The notes below the pieces were generated by a model. That model searched no databases. It worked only from the letters and a program-made list of their open reading frames with translations, and had not been told where the DNA came from. Source: Vicinamibacterales bacterium (lineage in GTDB: Bacteria > Acidobacteriota > Vicinamibacteria > Vicinamibacterales > UBA2999). From it: 64,000 nt of DNA. This document shows, one piece after another, positions 19,342-29,275 of the stretch (the first letter of the stretch is position 1; each line of letters starts with the position of its first letter). The stretch is taken from positions 17,968 through 81,967 of the forward strand of contig CAXNKG010000008.1 in assembly GCA_964202965.1 (NCBI GenBank). The letters run 5' to 3'. A program made the position numbers and the translations under genes.

Positions 19342-20633
19342 GCGCGGTCCAGCGTTCCGGCGTTCTCCCGCAGCCACGGCAGCGTGGCCAGCGTCACGAC
19401 CGTTGTGGCGAGCGCAAACAGGGCGATCGCCGTGGAGCTCTGATACACGAGAAAGAGATAGGCGGCGACGGCGGGGGCCGGGCCGCCGGCCGTGATCGCC
19501 GCCATGTGATAGCCGAGGCCTGAACCGGTGTAGCGTCGCGACGCGGGAAAGTTCTCCGCAATCACCGCCGCCTGCGGCCCGTACTGCAGATCCTGCAGCA
19601 TGCCGTCCACCAGGAGTCCGAGGATGACCAGCGGCATCGCGCGCGTGTTCATCAGCGCGAAGAGCGCGAACACCCACAGTCCGGTGCCGACCGCGCCGAT
19701 GCCGATAATCCGCCGACGGCCGTAGCGGTCGGCAAGATATCCGGCAAGCGGCAGCACCGCGAGCGAACCGATCGCACGAATGGACACGGCGTTCAGCAGG
19801 TCCGCGCGATCGAGGCCGAGCACCTGCGTGCCGTAGGTCAGCACGTACGTCGTCGTGATGTAGAACGGCGCAAGCTGGCCCGTCCGCAGCAGCATCGTCA
19901 GCACGACCTGGCGCCAGTTGAATCGGAGCACCTCCGCGATCGGCACGCGGACGATCTTCCGCTCTGCCTTGAGCGCCGTGAACACCGGCGACTCGAGCGT
20001 CCCGATGCGGATCCAGAGCCCGATCACAATCAGGACGATGCTCGCCAGGAAGGGGACACGCCATCCCCACTCGAGGAACGCGGCGTCGTCGAGCGTCGTG
20101 CTCATGACGGCCAGGGCCGAGTTCGCCATGATGGCGCCGAGCGGCGATCCCATCTGCGGGAAGCTCATGGCCAGCCCGCGGCGGCCGGGCGCCGCCCATT
20201 CGCCGGCCATCAGGATCGACCCGCTCCACTCGCCGCCGACTGCAATGCCCTGCATGACGCGAAAGACGGTCAGGAGCACCGCGCCCCAGATCCCGATGCG
20301 CTCGTATGAGGGAACGAGGCCCACACACACGGTCGCGACGCCCATGATGAGCATCGTGGTGACGAGCAGCGCCTTCCGGCCGATGCGGTCGCCGAAGTGG
20401 CCGAAGATCGCCGCGCCGAACGGCCGCGCGGCAAAACCGGCGAAGAACGTGACGTAGGAGAGGAGGCTGCCGAGCGCAGGGTCGAGATTCGAGAAGAACA
20501 GTTTTGGAAAGACGAGCGCGGCCGCCGCGCCGTACAGGTAGAAGTCGTACCACTCGACGGTCGTGCCGATCGTGGACGCGGCGACGGCGCGACGCAGGTG
20601 CCGCCGGCGGGTCTGTTCGTCGAAGTCTGGCAC
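19338..20633 (-). CDS. MHS family MFS transporter (ShiA-like)
   Basis: STIGTTVEWYDF, GHFGDRIGRK, QGIAVGGEW, WGWRVPF, ESPVF. Confidence 0.88.
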   Translation of the reverse strand: MPDFDEQTRRRHLRRAVAASTIGTTVEWYDFYLYGAAAALVFPKLFFSNLDPALGSLLSYVTFFAGFAARPFGAAIFGHFGDRIGRKALLVTTMLIMGVATVCVGLVPSYERIGIWGAVLLTVFRVMQGIAVGGEWSGSILMAGEWAAPGRRGLAMSFPQMGSPLGAIMANSALAVMSTTLDDAAFLEWGWRVPFLASIVLIVIGLWIRIGTLESPVFTALKAERKIVRVPIAEVLRFNWRQVVLTMLLRTGQLAPFYITTTYVLTYGTQVLGLDRADLLNAVSIRAIGSLAVLPLAGYLADRYGRRRIIGIGAVGTGLWVFALFALMNTRAMPLVILGLLVDGMLQDLQYGPQAAVIAENFPASRRYTGSGLGYHMAAITAGGPAPAVAAYLFLVYQSSTAIALFALATTVVTLATLPWLRENAGTLDRA

Positions 20634-20685
20634 GCGGAGGCGGCGATTATCACACGCGGGGACGTATGATGGTCGCCCAGTCGCG

Positions 20686-21375
20686 ATGAACAAGGTGGTG
20701 ACGAGCGCGGCCGCCGCGGTGGCCGACATTCCCGACGGCGCGCGCATTATGGTCGGCGGGTTCGGCGTCTGCGGGGTGCCCGAGGATCTGATTCGCGCCC
20801 TGCATGCGCGTGGGAGCCGCCGGCTCACCATCATCAGCAACAATGCGGGCGTCGGCGGCGCGGGAGTCGGACGGCTCCTCGCGGCGAAGCAGATCGCGCG
20901 CCTCATCGGCACCTACGTCGGCGACAACGAGGAATTCGAGCGCCAGATGCGCAGCGGCGACATCGAGGCGGAGCTGATTCCGCAGGGGACGTTCGCGGAG
21001 CGGATGCGCGCCGCCGGGGCCGGGCTCGGCGGCTTCTTCACGCCGACCGGCGCCGGCACGATCGTCGCCGAAGGGAAGGAACGGCGCATCATCGACGGGC
21101 GCGAGTTCCTCCTCGAGCTGCCGCTGCACGCGGACTTCGCGCTGGTCAAGGCGTTCCGCGGCGATCGGCTCGGTAATCTCGTCTATCGGAAGACCGCGCG
21201 CAACTTCAATCCGGTGATGGCGATGGCCGCCGCGGTCACCATCGCGGAAGTCGAGGAGCTCGTCGAACCGGGCGGCATCGACCCTGAGACCGTCGTCACG
21301 CCCGGCATCTTCGTTGCGCGCGTCGTACAGGGAACCGGCTACGAGAAGGCGATTGAACGGCGGACGACGCGATGA
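20686..21375 (+). CDS. 3-oxoacid CoA-transferase subunit A
   Basis: [34 protein letters not shown]. Confidence 0.92.
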   Translation: MNKVVTSAAAAVADIPDGARIMVGGFGVCGVPEDLIRALHARGSRRLTIISNNAGVGGAGVGRLLAAKQIARLIGTYVGDNEEFERQMRSGDIEAELIPQGTFAERMRAAGAGLGGFFTPTGAGTIVAEGKERRIIDGREFLLELPLHADFALVKAFRGDRLGNLVYRKTARNFNPVMAMAAAVTIAEVEELVEPGGIDPETVVTPGIFVARVVQGTGYEKAIERRTTR

Positions 21376-22022
21376 ACGCGCGTGAGCGCATCGTTCGCCG
21401 CGTCGCCCGCGAGCTGCGCGACGGCGACTATGTCAATCTCGGCATCGGTCTCCCGACGCTCGTGGCCAACTACATTCCTCCGGGGATCCATGTCGTCATC
21501 CACTCCGAGAACGGCATGCTGGGGGTGGGGCCGTATCCGGCCGACGACCAGGTTGACGCCGATCTCATCAATGCGGGGAAGGAGACGGTGACCGAGGAGG
21601 CGGGCGCGTCGTATTTCGACGGCGCGACGTCGTTCGCGATGGTGCGCGGGGGTCACATAGACCTTACGGTGCTCGGGGCGATGCAGGTTGATGCCGAGGG
21701 CAGTCTGGCCAACTGGATGATTCCAGGGACCATCATGCGGGGGATGGGCGGCGCGATGGACCTGGTGGCCGGCGCTCGCCGCGTCATCGTGGCCATGGAG
21801 CACACGACGCGGGCCGGGGCGCACAAGATCGTGGAGCGCTGCACGCTCCCGCTGACCGGCGCCAGGGTGGTCCACCGGATCATCACCGAACTGGCCGTCA
21901 TCGACGTGACGCCACGGGGGCTCGTTCTGGTCGAGCGGGCCGAGAACTCGACGGTTGAGGCGGTACAGGCGGCCACCGGGTCCGGGCTGGTCGTGGCCGG
22001 CGGGGCGCCTGCGTTGTTCTAG
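21372..22022 (+). CDS. 3-oxoacid CoA-transferase subunit B
   Basis: [13 protein letters not shown] (catalytic Glu), GMGGAMDLV. Confidence 0.92.
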   Translation: MNARERIVRRVARELRDGDYVNLGIGLPTLVANYIPPGIHVVIHSENGMLGVGPYPADDQVDADLINAGKETVTEEAGASYFDGATSFAMVRGGHIDLTVLGAMQVDAEGSLANWMIPGTIMRGMGGAMDLVAGARRVIVAMEHTTRAGAHKIVERCTLPLTGARVVHRIITELAVIDVTPRGLVLVERAENSTVEAVQAATGSGLVVAGGAPALF

Positions 22023-22077
22023 GCGGTCCTCCGCCGCTTTGCTACAATCCCCGCTTGCCGAGAGGGGGCATGCTCAT

Positions 22078-23232
22078 ATGAAAAAACTCAGCGCCAAAAA
22101 ACTCAGCGCCGCTGTGGCGGCTTTCGCGGTGTTACTCGTCGTCGGCGGGTTCGCACAGTCGCAGCAGCAGAAGGGCGGCGGCGACATCACGGGTCCGTAC
22201 GAAGTGGTGGCCAACTGGCCGCAGAACTGGTGCGGGCAGGGCTTTCAGATCGGGTCGACTGCCGGTGTCTGGGCCGAGACGCCGGATCGCGTCTTCATCT
22301 TCTCCCGCGGATGCCTACCGGTTCTCGAAAATCCGGGCGACCCGGTGCCGACCCGCAATGCATCGGGGTATGACCTCTCACAGAAGGACCCGACCCGGCA
22401 TCCGCGCTGGGATCACATCGTCAACATCGTCGATCGCAACGGCCGGCTGGTGGAGTCGTGGGAGCAGCACAACAAGCTGTTCGTCCGGCCGCACCGCGTC
22501 CTCGTGAACCCGTACGACCCGGAACGTCATGTGTGGCTCGTCGATGACGGTGTCCATGCTATCTACAAGTTCACGCGCGACGGCAAGCAGCTCGTGCAGA
22601 CCATCGGCACGCCGCGTGTGCCTGGGAACGACGAAACCCACTTCGCGCGGCCGACCGATATCGCGTGGCTGCCCGACGGGACGTTCTTCATCAGCGACGG
22701 CTACATCAACACGCGCGTCGTGAAGTTCGACCGCAACGGCAAGTACCTCACGTCCTGGGGGATGAAGGGCACGCCGCCCACCGAAACGCGGCCGTACTAC
22801 ATGAACACGGTGCACGCGATTGTCGCCGACAAGCAGCGCCGTCTCTACGTCAGCGATCGCGCCAACAACCGCGTACAGGTCTTCGACGAGAACGGGAAGT
22901 TCCTGGACGTGTGGCCGAACGTGCCGCTGCCGTACTCGTTCCTGATGTCGGACGACCAGCACCTCTGGTCCGCGTCTGGGCAGACGCAGAAGTTCACGAA
23001 GTACGACCTGAACGGGAAGCTGCTGTCCTCCTGGGGCACGTTCGGCACGATGCCGGGCGGCTTCTGGGGTGTGCACCAGTTCCACGTCGACAGCGAGGGC
23101 GGTCTGTACACGGCCGACGTGCATGTTGGCCGGCCGCAGAAGTTCCGCCCGCGCCCCGGCGTGAATCGCGACCTGCTCATCGGCGCCCCAACCCGCGCGG
23201 TGCGCACGGTCACGACGTCGTCGAGCAACTAA
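22078..23232 (+). CDS. Secreted peptidyl-alpha-hydroxyglycine amidating lyase (PAL)-like NHL protein
   Basis: Signal peptide; RPH, FARPTDIAW, DGYINTRVVKF, HAIVAD, DRANNRVQVF. Confidence 0.8.
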   Translation: MKKLSAKKLSAAVAAFAVLLVVGGFAQSQQQKGGGDITGPYEVVANWPQNWCGQGFQIGSTAGVWAETPDRVFIFSRGCLPVLENPGDPVPTRNASGYDLSQKDPTRHPRWDHIVNIVDRNGRLVESWEQHNKLFVRPHRVLVNPYDPERHVWLVDDGVHAIYKFTRDGKQLVQTIGTPRVPGNDETHFARPTDIAWLPDGTFFISDGYINTRVVKFDRNGKYLTSWGMKGTPPTETRPYYMNTVHAIVADKQRRLYVSDRANNRVQVFDENGKFLDVWPNVPLPYSFLMSDDQHLWSASGQTQKFTKYDLNGKLLSSWGTFGTMPGGFWGVHQFHVDSEGGLYTADVHVGRPQKFRPRPGVNRDLLIGAPTRAVRTVTTSSSN

Positions 23233-23238
23233 CCGCCC

Positions 23239-23275
23239 ATTAAATAGGGTCGGGGGTCATTTAATGAGGACACTC
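23239..23275 (+). repeat. 37-bp dispersed repeat, copy 2
   Basis: ATTAAATAGGGTCGGGGGTCATTTAATGAGGACACTC; contains the ATG at 23264. Confidence 0.9.
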
Positions 23276-24655
23276 CGGCCCCATCCGCTTGCCGTTGTCG
23301 TCTGCGCGCTGTTCGCGCTGACGGCGGCGGCCTCCTCGCAGTCTCCGCAGCGTCCGTCGTGGCTCGACCCGTACCGCGAGACCGCGGCGCAGCTGATCCA
23401 CGAGTCCACACGCGACGACTTCGCGTGGCGGCGTCTCGCAGAGCTCACCGACACCTTCGGTCATCGCCTCAGCGGTTCCGAGAATCTCGAGCGCGCCATC
23501 GCGTGGGCGCGCGAGACGATGAAGCGCGACGGCCTGCAGAACGTCCGCACCGAGCCGGTCATGGTCCCGAAATGGGTGCGTGGCCGCGAGAGCGCAGAGA
23601 TCCTTAGTCCTCCGCAGCATCCGATCGCGATGCTGGGGCTTGGCGGGTCCGTGGGCACGCCGTCCGGCGGCATCGAGGCGGACGTGCTGACCGTGGCGTC
23701 CTTTGACGAGGTGCGGTCCCGAGCGGAAGACGCGCGCGGGCGCATCGTGCTGTTCAACGCCCCGTTTTCCACCTACAGCGATACGGTGACCTACCGGACC
23801 AACGGCGCGCGCGTCGCGTCACAACTGGGCGCCCTGGCGGTGCTCGTGCGCGGCGTGGGCCCCGCGGGTCTTCGCACGCCTCACACGGGCAGCGTCCAGT
23901 ACGGACAGGGCATTCCGCCGATTCCGGCCGCCTCGATTTCAGCCGAAGATGCGGACCGCATTGCGCGCCTCTCGGCCGCCGGGACCCGCGTGCGCGTCAG
24001 GCTGACGATGGAGGGGCGTACCGATCCTGACGTCGAGTCCGCGAATGTCGTCGGTGAGATCCGCGGGCGGGAGCGCCCGGAAGAGATCGTGCTGCTGGGC
24101 GGTCATATCGATTCCTGGGACGTCGGCACCGGCGCGTCAGACGACGGGGTCGGCTGCATCGTCACCTGGGAGGCCGCGCGGCTGATGGCGAAGCTGGGCA
24201 TCAGGCCCCGCCGCACCATTCGCATCGTCCTCTGGACGAACGAGGAGAACGGGCTGCGCGGCGCCACGGCGTACGCCGCTCGTCACGCCGCACACGCCTC
24301 CAATCACGTGTTCGCGCTCGAGTCCGATTCAGGGGTCTTCGAGCCCGCCAGCCTCGGGTTCTCGGGGAGCGGTGCGGCGCGAGGCCTCGTTCGTGACATC
24401 GGGTCGCTGCTTACCCAACTGGGACTGTCGGACATCGTTGCGGGCGGCGGCGGGGCCGACATCGGACCAATCGCCCAGGCTGGCAACGCGCCGATGATGG
24501 CGTATCTCGGGAATCCCACCAGGTACTTCGCGATTCACCACACGCCGGCTGATACGGTGGAGCGGATCACGCCGCAGGAAGTGTCCAAAGCCGCAGCCGC
24601 CATCGCCGTCATGGCGTATGTCGTGGCGGAAATGCCCGATCGCCTGCCGCGCTGA
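23264..24655 (+). CDS. Secreted M28 family peptidase (carboxypeptidase Q-like)
   Basis: GHRLSGS, PHTG, GGHIDSWDVG, DDG, NEENGLRG, ESDSG, HHTPAD. Confidence 0.9.
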   Translation: MRTLRPHPLAVVVCALFALTAAASSQSPQRPSWLDPYRETAAQLIHESTRDDFAWRRLAELTDTFGHRLSGSENLERAIAWARETMKRDGLQNVRTEPVMVPKWVRGRESAEILSPPQHPIAMLGLGGSVGTPSGGIEADVLTVASFDEVRSRAEDARGRIVLFNAPFSTYSDTVTYRTNGARVASQLGALAVLVRGVGPAGLRTPHTGSVQYGQGIPPIPAASISAEDADRIARLSAAGTRVRVRLTMEGRTDPDVESANVVGEIRGRERPEEIVLLGGHIDSWDVGTGASDDGVGCIVTWEAARLMAKLGIRPRRTIRIVLWTNEENGLRGATAYAARHAAHASNHVFALESDSGVFEPASLGFSGSGAARGLVRDIGSLLTQLGLSDIVAGGGGADIGPIAQAGNAPMMAYLGNPTRYFAIHHTPADTVERITPQEVSKAAAAIAVMAYVVAEMPDRLPR

Positions 24656-24673
24656 CACGGGCCGGCCGCGCAG

Positions 24674-24711
24674 TTGACACGCCAGGGAGACACGCGTAAC
24701 GTCCGCGTTAC
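24674..24711 (+). promoter_or_regulatory. Sigma-70 promoter with overlapping palindromic operator
   Basis: TTGACA-17 bp-TAACGT; inverted repeat GTAACG-N4-CGTTAC at 24696-24711. Confidence 0.65.
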
Positions 24712-24742
24712 CTGAGACGTTCCTTCAGGCGAGGAGGCGTTC

Positions 24743-27682
24743 ATGTTCGCTATCTGGCGTGTACTGTGTGTCGGCGTGCTCTCGCTCCTGATATCGACCG
24801 CCACCGCGACCGCGCAGCAGCGCGGGTCGGTCAGCGGCAGAGTCCTTGACGCGGGGGGTCTGGTCCTGCCCGGCGCCACGGTCACCCTTACCGAACAGAA
24901 CACCGGGTTCAACCGCACGGTCGTGACGGCTGAGAACGGCGCGTACGCGGTGCCTAATCTTGATCCGGGCGTCTATTCGCTCGTGGCGGAACTGGCGGGC
25001 TTCGCCACGGTCACGCGGAACGGCCTGCAGCTGACGGCCGGGTCGGCCATCACGGCGGATGTCACGCTGCAGGTCGCGGGGCTGCAGGAATCGATTCAAG
25101 TCACGGCGGAGATCCCGCTCGTGCAGACGTCGACGAACCAGATCGGCGGCACGCTCTCGAGCCGCGAGATCGAGGAAGTGCCGTCGAACTTCAGGAACTT
25201 CACTGCGCTGACGCAGTTGATTCCCGGCATCACGCCGAACCCGGCCGCCTCGACGTTCGAGGGTGGGCAGGTGGTGGCGAACGGGACGCCGTCGCAGCAG
25301 AACGTCTACCTGATCGACGGCATGTACAACAACGACGATCGGCTCGGCGGCAGCCAGGGCACGCAGGTGCGCATGGTGCTGGACAACATTGCCGAGTACC
25401 AGGTGCTGACGAACCAGTACAGCTCGCAGTACGGCGGCGGGGCGGGGACGATCATCAACATGATCTCGCGCGGCGGCACCAACGAACTGCACGGCCGCGT
25501 CTACTCGTACTTCCGGGACGACCGGTTCAACGCGCGCAACGCGTTCCTTCCGGCATCGGCCCCCAAGCCTCAGGAGCGGACGCTGCAGGCGGGCTTCGGC
25601 ATCGGCGGCCCGATCGTCCGGAACCGCGCGCACTTCTACTTCACGATGGAGAAGGACCACGAGGACATCGCGGGGCAGAAGCGCTTCCCGGCCGCTGCGG
25701 CGCCGCTGGCTCGCGACATGGTCGGCACCTTCGAAGTCCGTGCGACGAACTATTTCGCGCGCGGCGATCTGCAGATTAACCAGCAGAACCTGCTCAACTT
25801 CCGGTGGGTGCTGGAGACCGCTCCGACGCGAGGCGAGGGATTCAACACCAACACCGAGACGATCGACGCCCAGGGGTGGGAGGGCGACCGGGACAACTTC
25901 ATGGGCGCGACCTATACCTCCGTCTGGAGCAGCCGTGCGACCAACGAGCTCCGTGTAGGCCATATTGCCGAGGAGCTCGGGACCGGCGCGCAGGTGTTCT
26001 TTGACGACGACGTGAAGCAGATTGGGTTCAATAGCCGCGACCCGTTCTCCGTCGGGCAGCGGAACGTGCATCCGAGCTACATCACCGGCCGCGGCGGCGA
26101 GGGGCTGAACACCAGAATCAAAACCTACACCCTCGACGAGTCGTTCAGCTATTTCGCGCCCGCGCTGTGGGGACGCGAACATTCGTTCAAGGTTGGTGGC
26201 GGCCTCGGCATGCACGAGATGCCGCCCCGCACCACGTTCAGCTCGGGCACATTCCAGTTCCGGACGGACGCGCCCTACAACCCCACGAACCCGGCGACCT
26301 TCCCGTTCCAGTTCAACGTGACGGTCGGTCCGCCGGATCCCTACGGGTACCCGGTGTTTTCCCGGGACCGCCGGTACAACTTCTTCGCCGAAGATCGCGT
26401 GAAGGTCGCCGGCAATGTGACGTTGAACCTCGGCATCCGCTACGACCACCATCGGCAGACGCCGAACAGCAAGGATGACTTCGCCCCGCGAATCGGGTTT
26501 GCGTGGGACCTGCGGGGCACCGGGCGCACGGTCGTGCGCGGCGGCATCGGCAAGTTCTACGCGTATCCACCAGTGGTACTCGACCTGACGCTGCAGCAGA
26601 ACGCCGTCCGCACGCGTTTCCCGGGCATCGCCATCAACGAGGCGCATCCGCTGGCCGGCCTGGTGCTGCGACCCGTCATGATCAACGACTCGGAGGGTAA
26701 TCCCGGCGTGGCGCAGCTGAGCCCGGCCGCCCAGGCCGCGCTCAATGCCTTCCGCGACCAGGTACTCGCGGGCTCGACCTTCAACCAGAATCCCTGGGTG
26801 GACAGCCCGGATCGACAGCTGCCGTACACGTGGTCGTACAGCTTCGGCCTGAACCACCAGATCGGGTCGAACGCCGCGGTGGGCGTTGATTACGTCGCGA
26901 ACGTGTCGCGCGATCAGCTCGGCGTGATTGATCTGAACGAACCGGTCAACCGCGTCCGGCCCGGGATCAACACGATCGATCCGGGCGGCCAGCTGATTCC
27001 GCTTGCGGCGCGCGGCACGACCTTCGCGCGCGTGCTGCAGGCCCAGACCAGCCCGGACTTCAACGGCGACTACAAGTCGGTTCAGGTCTCTCTGCTCAAG
27101 CGCATGGCCAATCGCTGGAGCGGCCGTCTGGCCTACACGGCGCAGGAAAGCCACTACGTCGGCCTCGGCAACCCGGACGCGCGGCGGGTGTGGTCCGACA
27201 GGGAAGTACGGGCGGACTACGGGCGGTTCGCGTCCGACAGAACGCACGTGCTGGCGGCGAGCAGCACCGTGAACGTCTGGCGCGCCTTCAACATCGCGGC
27301 GGTGGTGAGCGCGATTTCAGGGGCGCCGATCAACGAAACCGTCGGCTCGGATGTGAACGGCGATCTCGACAACAACGATCGGCCGATCCGCGGGATCAAC
27401 GACCTGACGATCCCGATTCGGTCCGAGGTGGACGCGCAGGGGCGCGCGGTTATCAACGGCCTGGAAGGACCGGGGTCGCTGCTGGTCGACACGTCGTTCC
27501 GATACTCGATCCCGTTCGGCCGCGGCCTCGAGAGCCTCGACCTGTTCTACGACATCTTCAATCTCTTCAACCGTGAGAACCATGTGCCGCCGACCGGCAA
27601 TCGCGCGTCGTCGGTATTCATGGTGCCGACTGCCGCGCAGTTCCCGCGGCAGATGCAGTTCGGCGTTCGCGTGCGGTTCTAG
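24743..27682 (+). CDS. TonB-dependent receptor (Oar-like)
   Basis: Signal peptide; GLVLPGATV, RGGTN, APRIGFAWD, PRQMQFGVRVRF. Confidence 0.9.
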   Translation: MFAIWRVLCVGVLSLLISTATATAQQRGSVSGRVLDAGGLVLPGATVTLTEQNTGFNRTVVTAENGAYAVPNLDPGVYSLVAELAGFATVTRNGLQLTAGSAITADVTLQVAGLQESIQVTAEIPLVQTSTNQIGGTLSSREIEEVPSNFRNFTALTQLIPGITPNPAASTFEGGQVVANGTPSQQNVYLIDGMYNNDDRLGGSQGTQVRMVLDNIAEYQVLTNQYSSQYGGGAGTIINMISRGGTNELHGRVYSYFRDDRFNARNAFLPASAPKPQERTLQAGFGIGGPIVRNRAHFYFTMEKDHEDIAGQKRFPAAAAPLARDMVGTFEVRATNYFARGDLQINQQNLLNFRWVLETAPTRGEGFNTNTETIDAQGWEGDRDNFMGATYTSVWSSRATNELRVGHIAEELGTGAQVFFDDDVKQIGFNSRDPFSVGQRNVHPSYITGRGGEGLNTRIKTYTLDESFSYFAPALWGREHSFKVGGGLGMHEMPPRTTFSSGTFQFRTDAPYNPTNPATFPFQFNVTVGPPDPYGYPVFSRDRRYNFFAEDRVKVAGNVTLNLGIRYDHHRQTPNSKDDFAPRIGFAWDLRGTGRTVVRGGIGKFYAYPPVVLDLTLQQNAVRTRFPGIAINEAHPLAGLVLRPVMINDSEGNPGVAQLSPAAQAALNAFRDQVLAGSTFNQNPWVDSPDRQLPYTWSYSFGLNHQIGSNAAVGVDYVANVSRDQLGVIDLNEPVNRVRPGINTIDPGGQLIPLAARGTTFARVLQAQTSPDFNGDYKSVQVSLLKRMANRWSGRLAYTAQESHYVGLGNPDARRVWSDREVRADYGRFASDRTHVLAASSTVNVWRAFNIAAVVSAISGAPINETVGSDVNGDLDNNDRPIRGINDLTIPIRSEVDAQGRAVINGLEGPGSLLVDTSFRYSIPFGRGLESLDLFYDIFNLFNRENHVPPTGNRASSVFMVPTAAQFPRQMQFGVRVRF

Positions 27683-27699
27683 GAAGCAATTCCCCACGT

Positions 27700-27757
27700 G
27701 CCAACTTCCAATTCCCAAGACTCTTGGGAGTTGGGAGCTGGGCGATTGGGAGTTGGG
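27700..27757. repeat. 7-bp-unit inverted repeat (TTGGGAG) between convergent genes
   Basis: ccaacttccaattcccaaga-c-tcttgggagttgggagctgggcgattgggagttggg. Confidence 0.7.
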
Positions 27758-28627
27758 TCAGCGCGGCGCGACGGCGGTGACCTCGCACATGATCCGGGCC
27801 CCCGGAATCCCGGTGCGGACGGCGCGGGTGGTCCGGCAGGGCCGCCAGTCTCCGAAGCGTTCCTGCATGGACGCCACGCCTTTCACTTCGCCCGTCCGCG
27901 CCATCAGCACGATGTTCTGCCATCCAAGGCGCGCCGTCTTCAGCATGCGATCGATGCTGTCCGCGACCATCTTTTCCTGAGCCGCCAGGTCGTCTGGCAG
28001 CTTGTAGCTGCCTGGATTCCAGGGATCGACGTCCGGCGGATACGCTGTGACCGCCGGGAAGTACACGAGGTCGACCGCGTTCGTCACGCGGATTGCGGGC
28101 GCCTGCGGCAGCTCCTTGAGCGCGACGCCCGGCCGGTCGATGATGGCTTCGATGCCGGCCACCGGCCCCCGCGCCGCGATCTGTTTGTGTGGAGCCGTGG
28201 CGGTGACCTGATACATGACGTTGACGCCAGGGACGCCGGTATCGACCACCCGCAGGCTCGTGCTGCACGGCCGCCAGTCGCCGTACTGGGCAGCGAAGTT
28301 GATCCCGCCGCCTCCCGGAGCGGCGTAGTTCACGTTGAAGACGATGTGCTCCCAGGTGGAGCCGGCCGCCTTCAGGATGCGATCGAGGTTGGCGGTCGCC
28401 ATCTTGCCGCGCTCAGCTGCGTCCTCCGGCAGACGGAAGGATCCGGGATTCCACGGGTCCACCTCCGGCGGATAGGCGCTGATGCCTGAGATGATCAGCA
28501 GATCGAGCGTCGGGCTGATCTCGATAGCGGGCGCGAATGCCGCCCGGTCCGTGACTTCGGGCCGCGGAAAGATCGCGTGAAGGCCCTTCAGCTTCGATTG
28601 ATGCGGTGAGTTTTCTGCCTGTGCCAT
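27758..28627 (-). CDS. Tandem two-domain Rid (YjgF/RidA) family protein
   Basis: Internal duplication AYPPEVDPWNPGSFRLPED / AYPPDVDPWNPGSYKLPDD; L..AG..W..IV; WRPCST / WRPCRT. Confidence 0.7.
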   Translation of the reverse strand: MAQAENSPHQSKLKGLHAIFPRPEVTDRAAFAPAIEISPTLDLLIISGISAYPPEVDPWNPGSFRLPEDAAERGKMATANLDRILKAAGSTWEHIVFNVNYAAPGGGGINFAAQYGDWRPCSTSLRVVDTGVPGVNVMYQVTATAPHKQIAARGPVAGIEAIIDRPGVALKELPQAPAIRVTNAVDLVYFPAVTAYPPDVDPWNPGSYKLPDDLAAQEKMVADSIDRMLKTARLGWQNIVLMARTGEVKGVASMQERFGDWRPCRTTRAVRTGIPGARIMCEVTAVAPR

Positions 28628-28650
28628 TGACGCCTCGTTGTTGTAACGGC

Positions 28651-29184
28651 CTACCCGACGACGACCCGCGTGCCGGCGGGCGCGACCCACATGTCAATCT
28701 CCAGGCGCGCCTGGGGAGACGAGAGGCCATTGACCTCGTAGATCGTCATTGCGGGCCACCAGTCCTTGAAGTAGCTGCGCAGCACCGCCTCGATCTGCGG
28801 CGACTCGTCCATCCGCGTCTGGTACCGCGTCAGCTTGACGACATTGCGCCAGCCAAGGCCGGCCCAGTCGAGGATCTCCTTGTGGTTGATGATCGTCAGG
28901 CGGGTCTGCAGCCGGATGTCCTCCGGCTGCACCACTTCCTCGCGGGGGTCGTGCGGGTGCTTGTGGTACAGCTCCATGGCCGTCCCACCCGCGTGCGGAA
29001 TGATGCCGTTGGTGAGCGGCACACGGATAAACGCGGCATTGCGGCCCGCGGCGCGGGCACCCGCCTGCACGGCGGCTTCCACAACTGGCGAGGGTGCGAG
29101 CGTCCCCAGTGACCCGCCGGCCGCGGCGATACCGCCAGAGCCGAGGACGCGAAGGAGTTGTCGTCGATCGAGAAACACCGCCAT
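28651..29184 (-). CDS. Tat-signal Rid family protein
   Basis: DRRQLLRVLG twin-arginine signal; DIRLQT, AGLGWRNVVK, PAMTIYEVNGL...RLEID. Confidence 0.75.
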   Translation of the reverse strand: MAVFLDRRQLLRVLGSGGIAAAGGSLGTLAPSPVVEAAVQAGARAAGRNAAFIRVPLTNGIIPHAGGTAMELYHKHPHDPREEVVQPEDIRLQTRLTIINHKEILDWAGLGWRNVVKLTRYQTRMDESPQIEAVLRSYFKDWWPAMTIYEVNGLSSPQARLEIDMWVAPAGTRVVVG

Positions 29185-29275
29185 GCGTAATCTCCTGGAA
29201 AAAGAGATGGAGCCCGGATGTCACATCGCGAGATCAGAGTACACGCGTACCGCCGCCCGGCGTGTGGCCGTTTGC

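Noticed and set aside
24725-27247. Long antisense ORFs (840 aa here; also 51284-53683, 31926-33665, 10521-12173)
   Set aside because: Shadow ORFs opposite well-supported genes, typical of high-GC codon bias, with no recognisable motifs.
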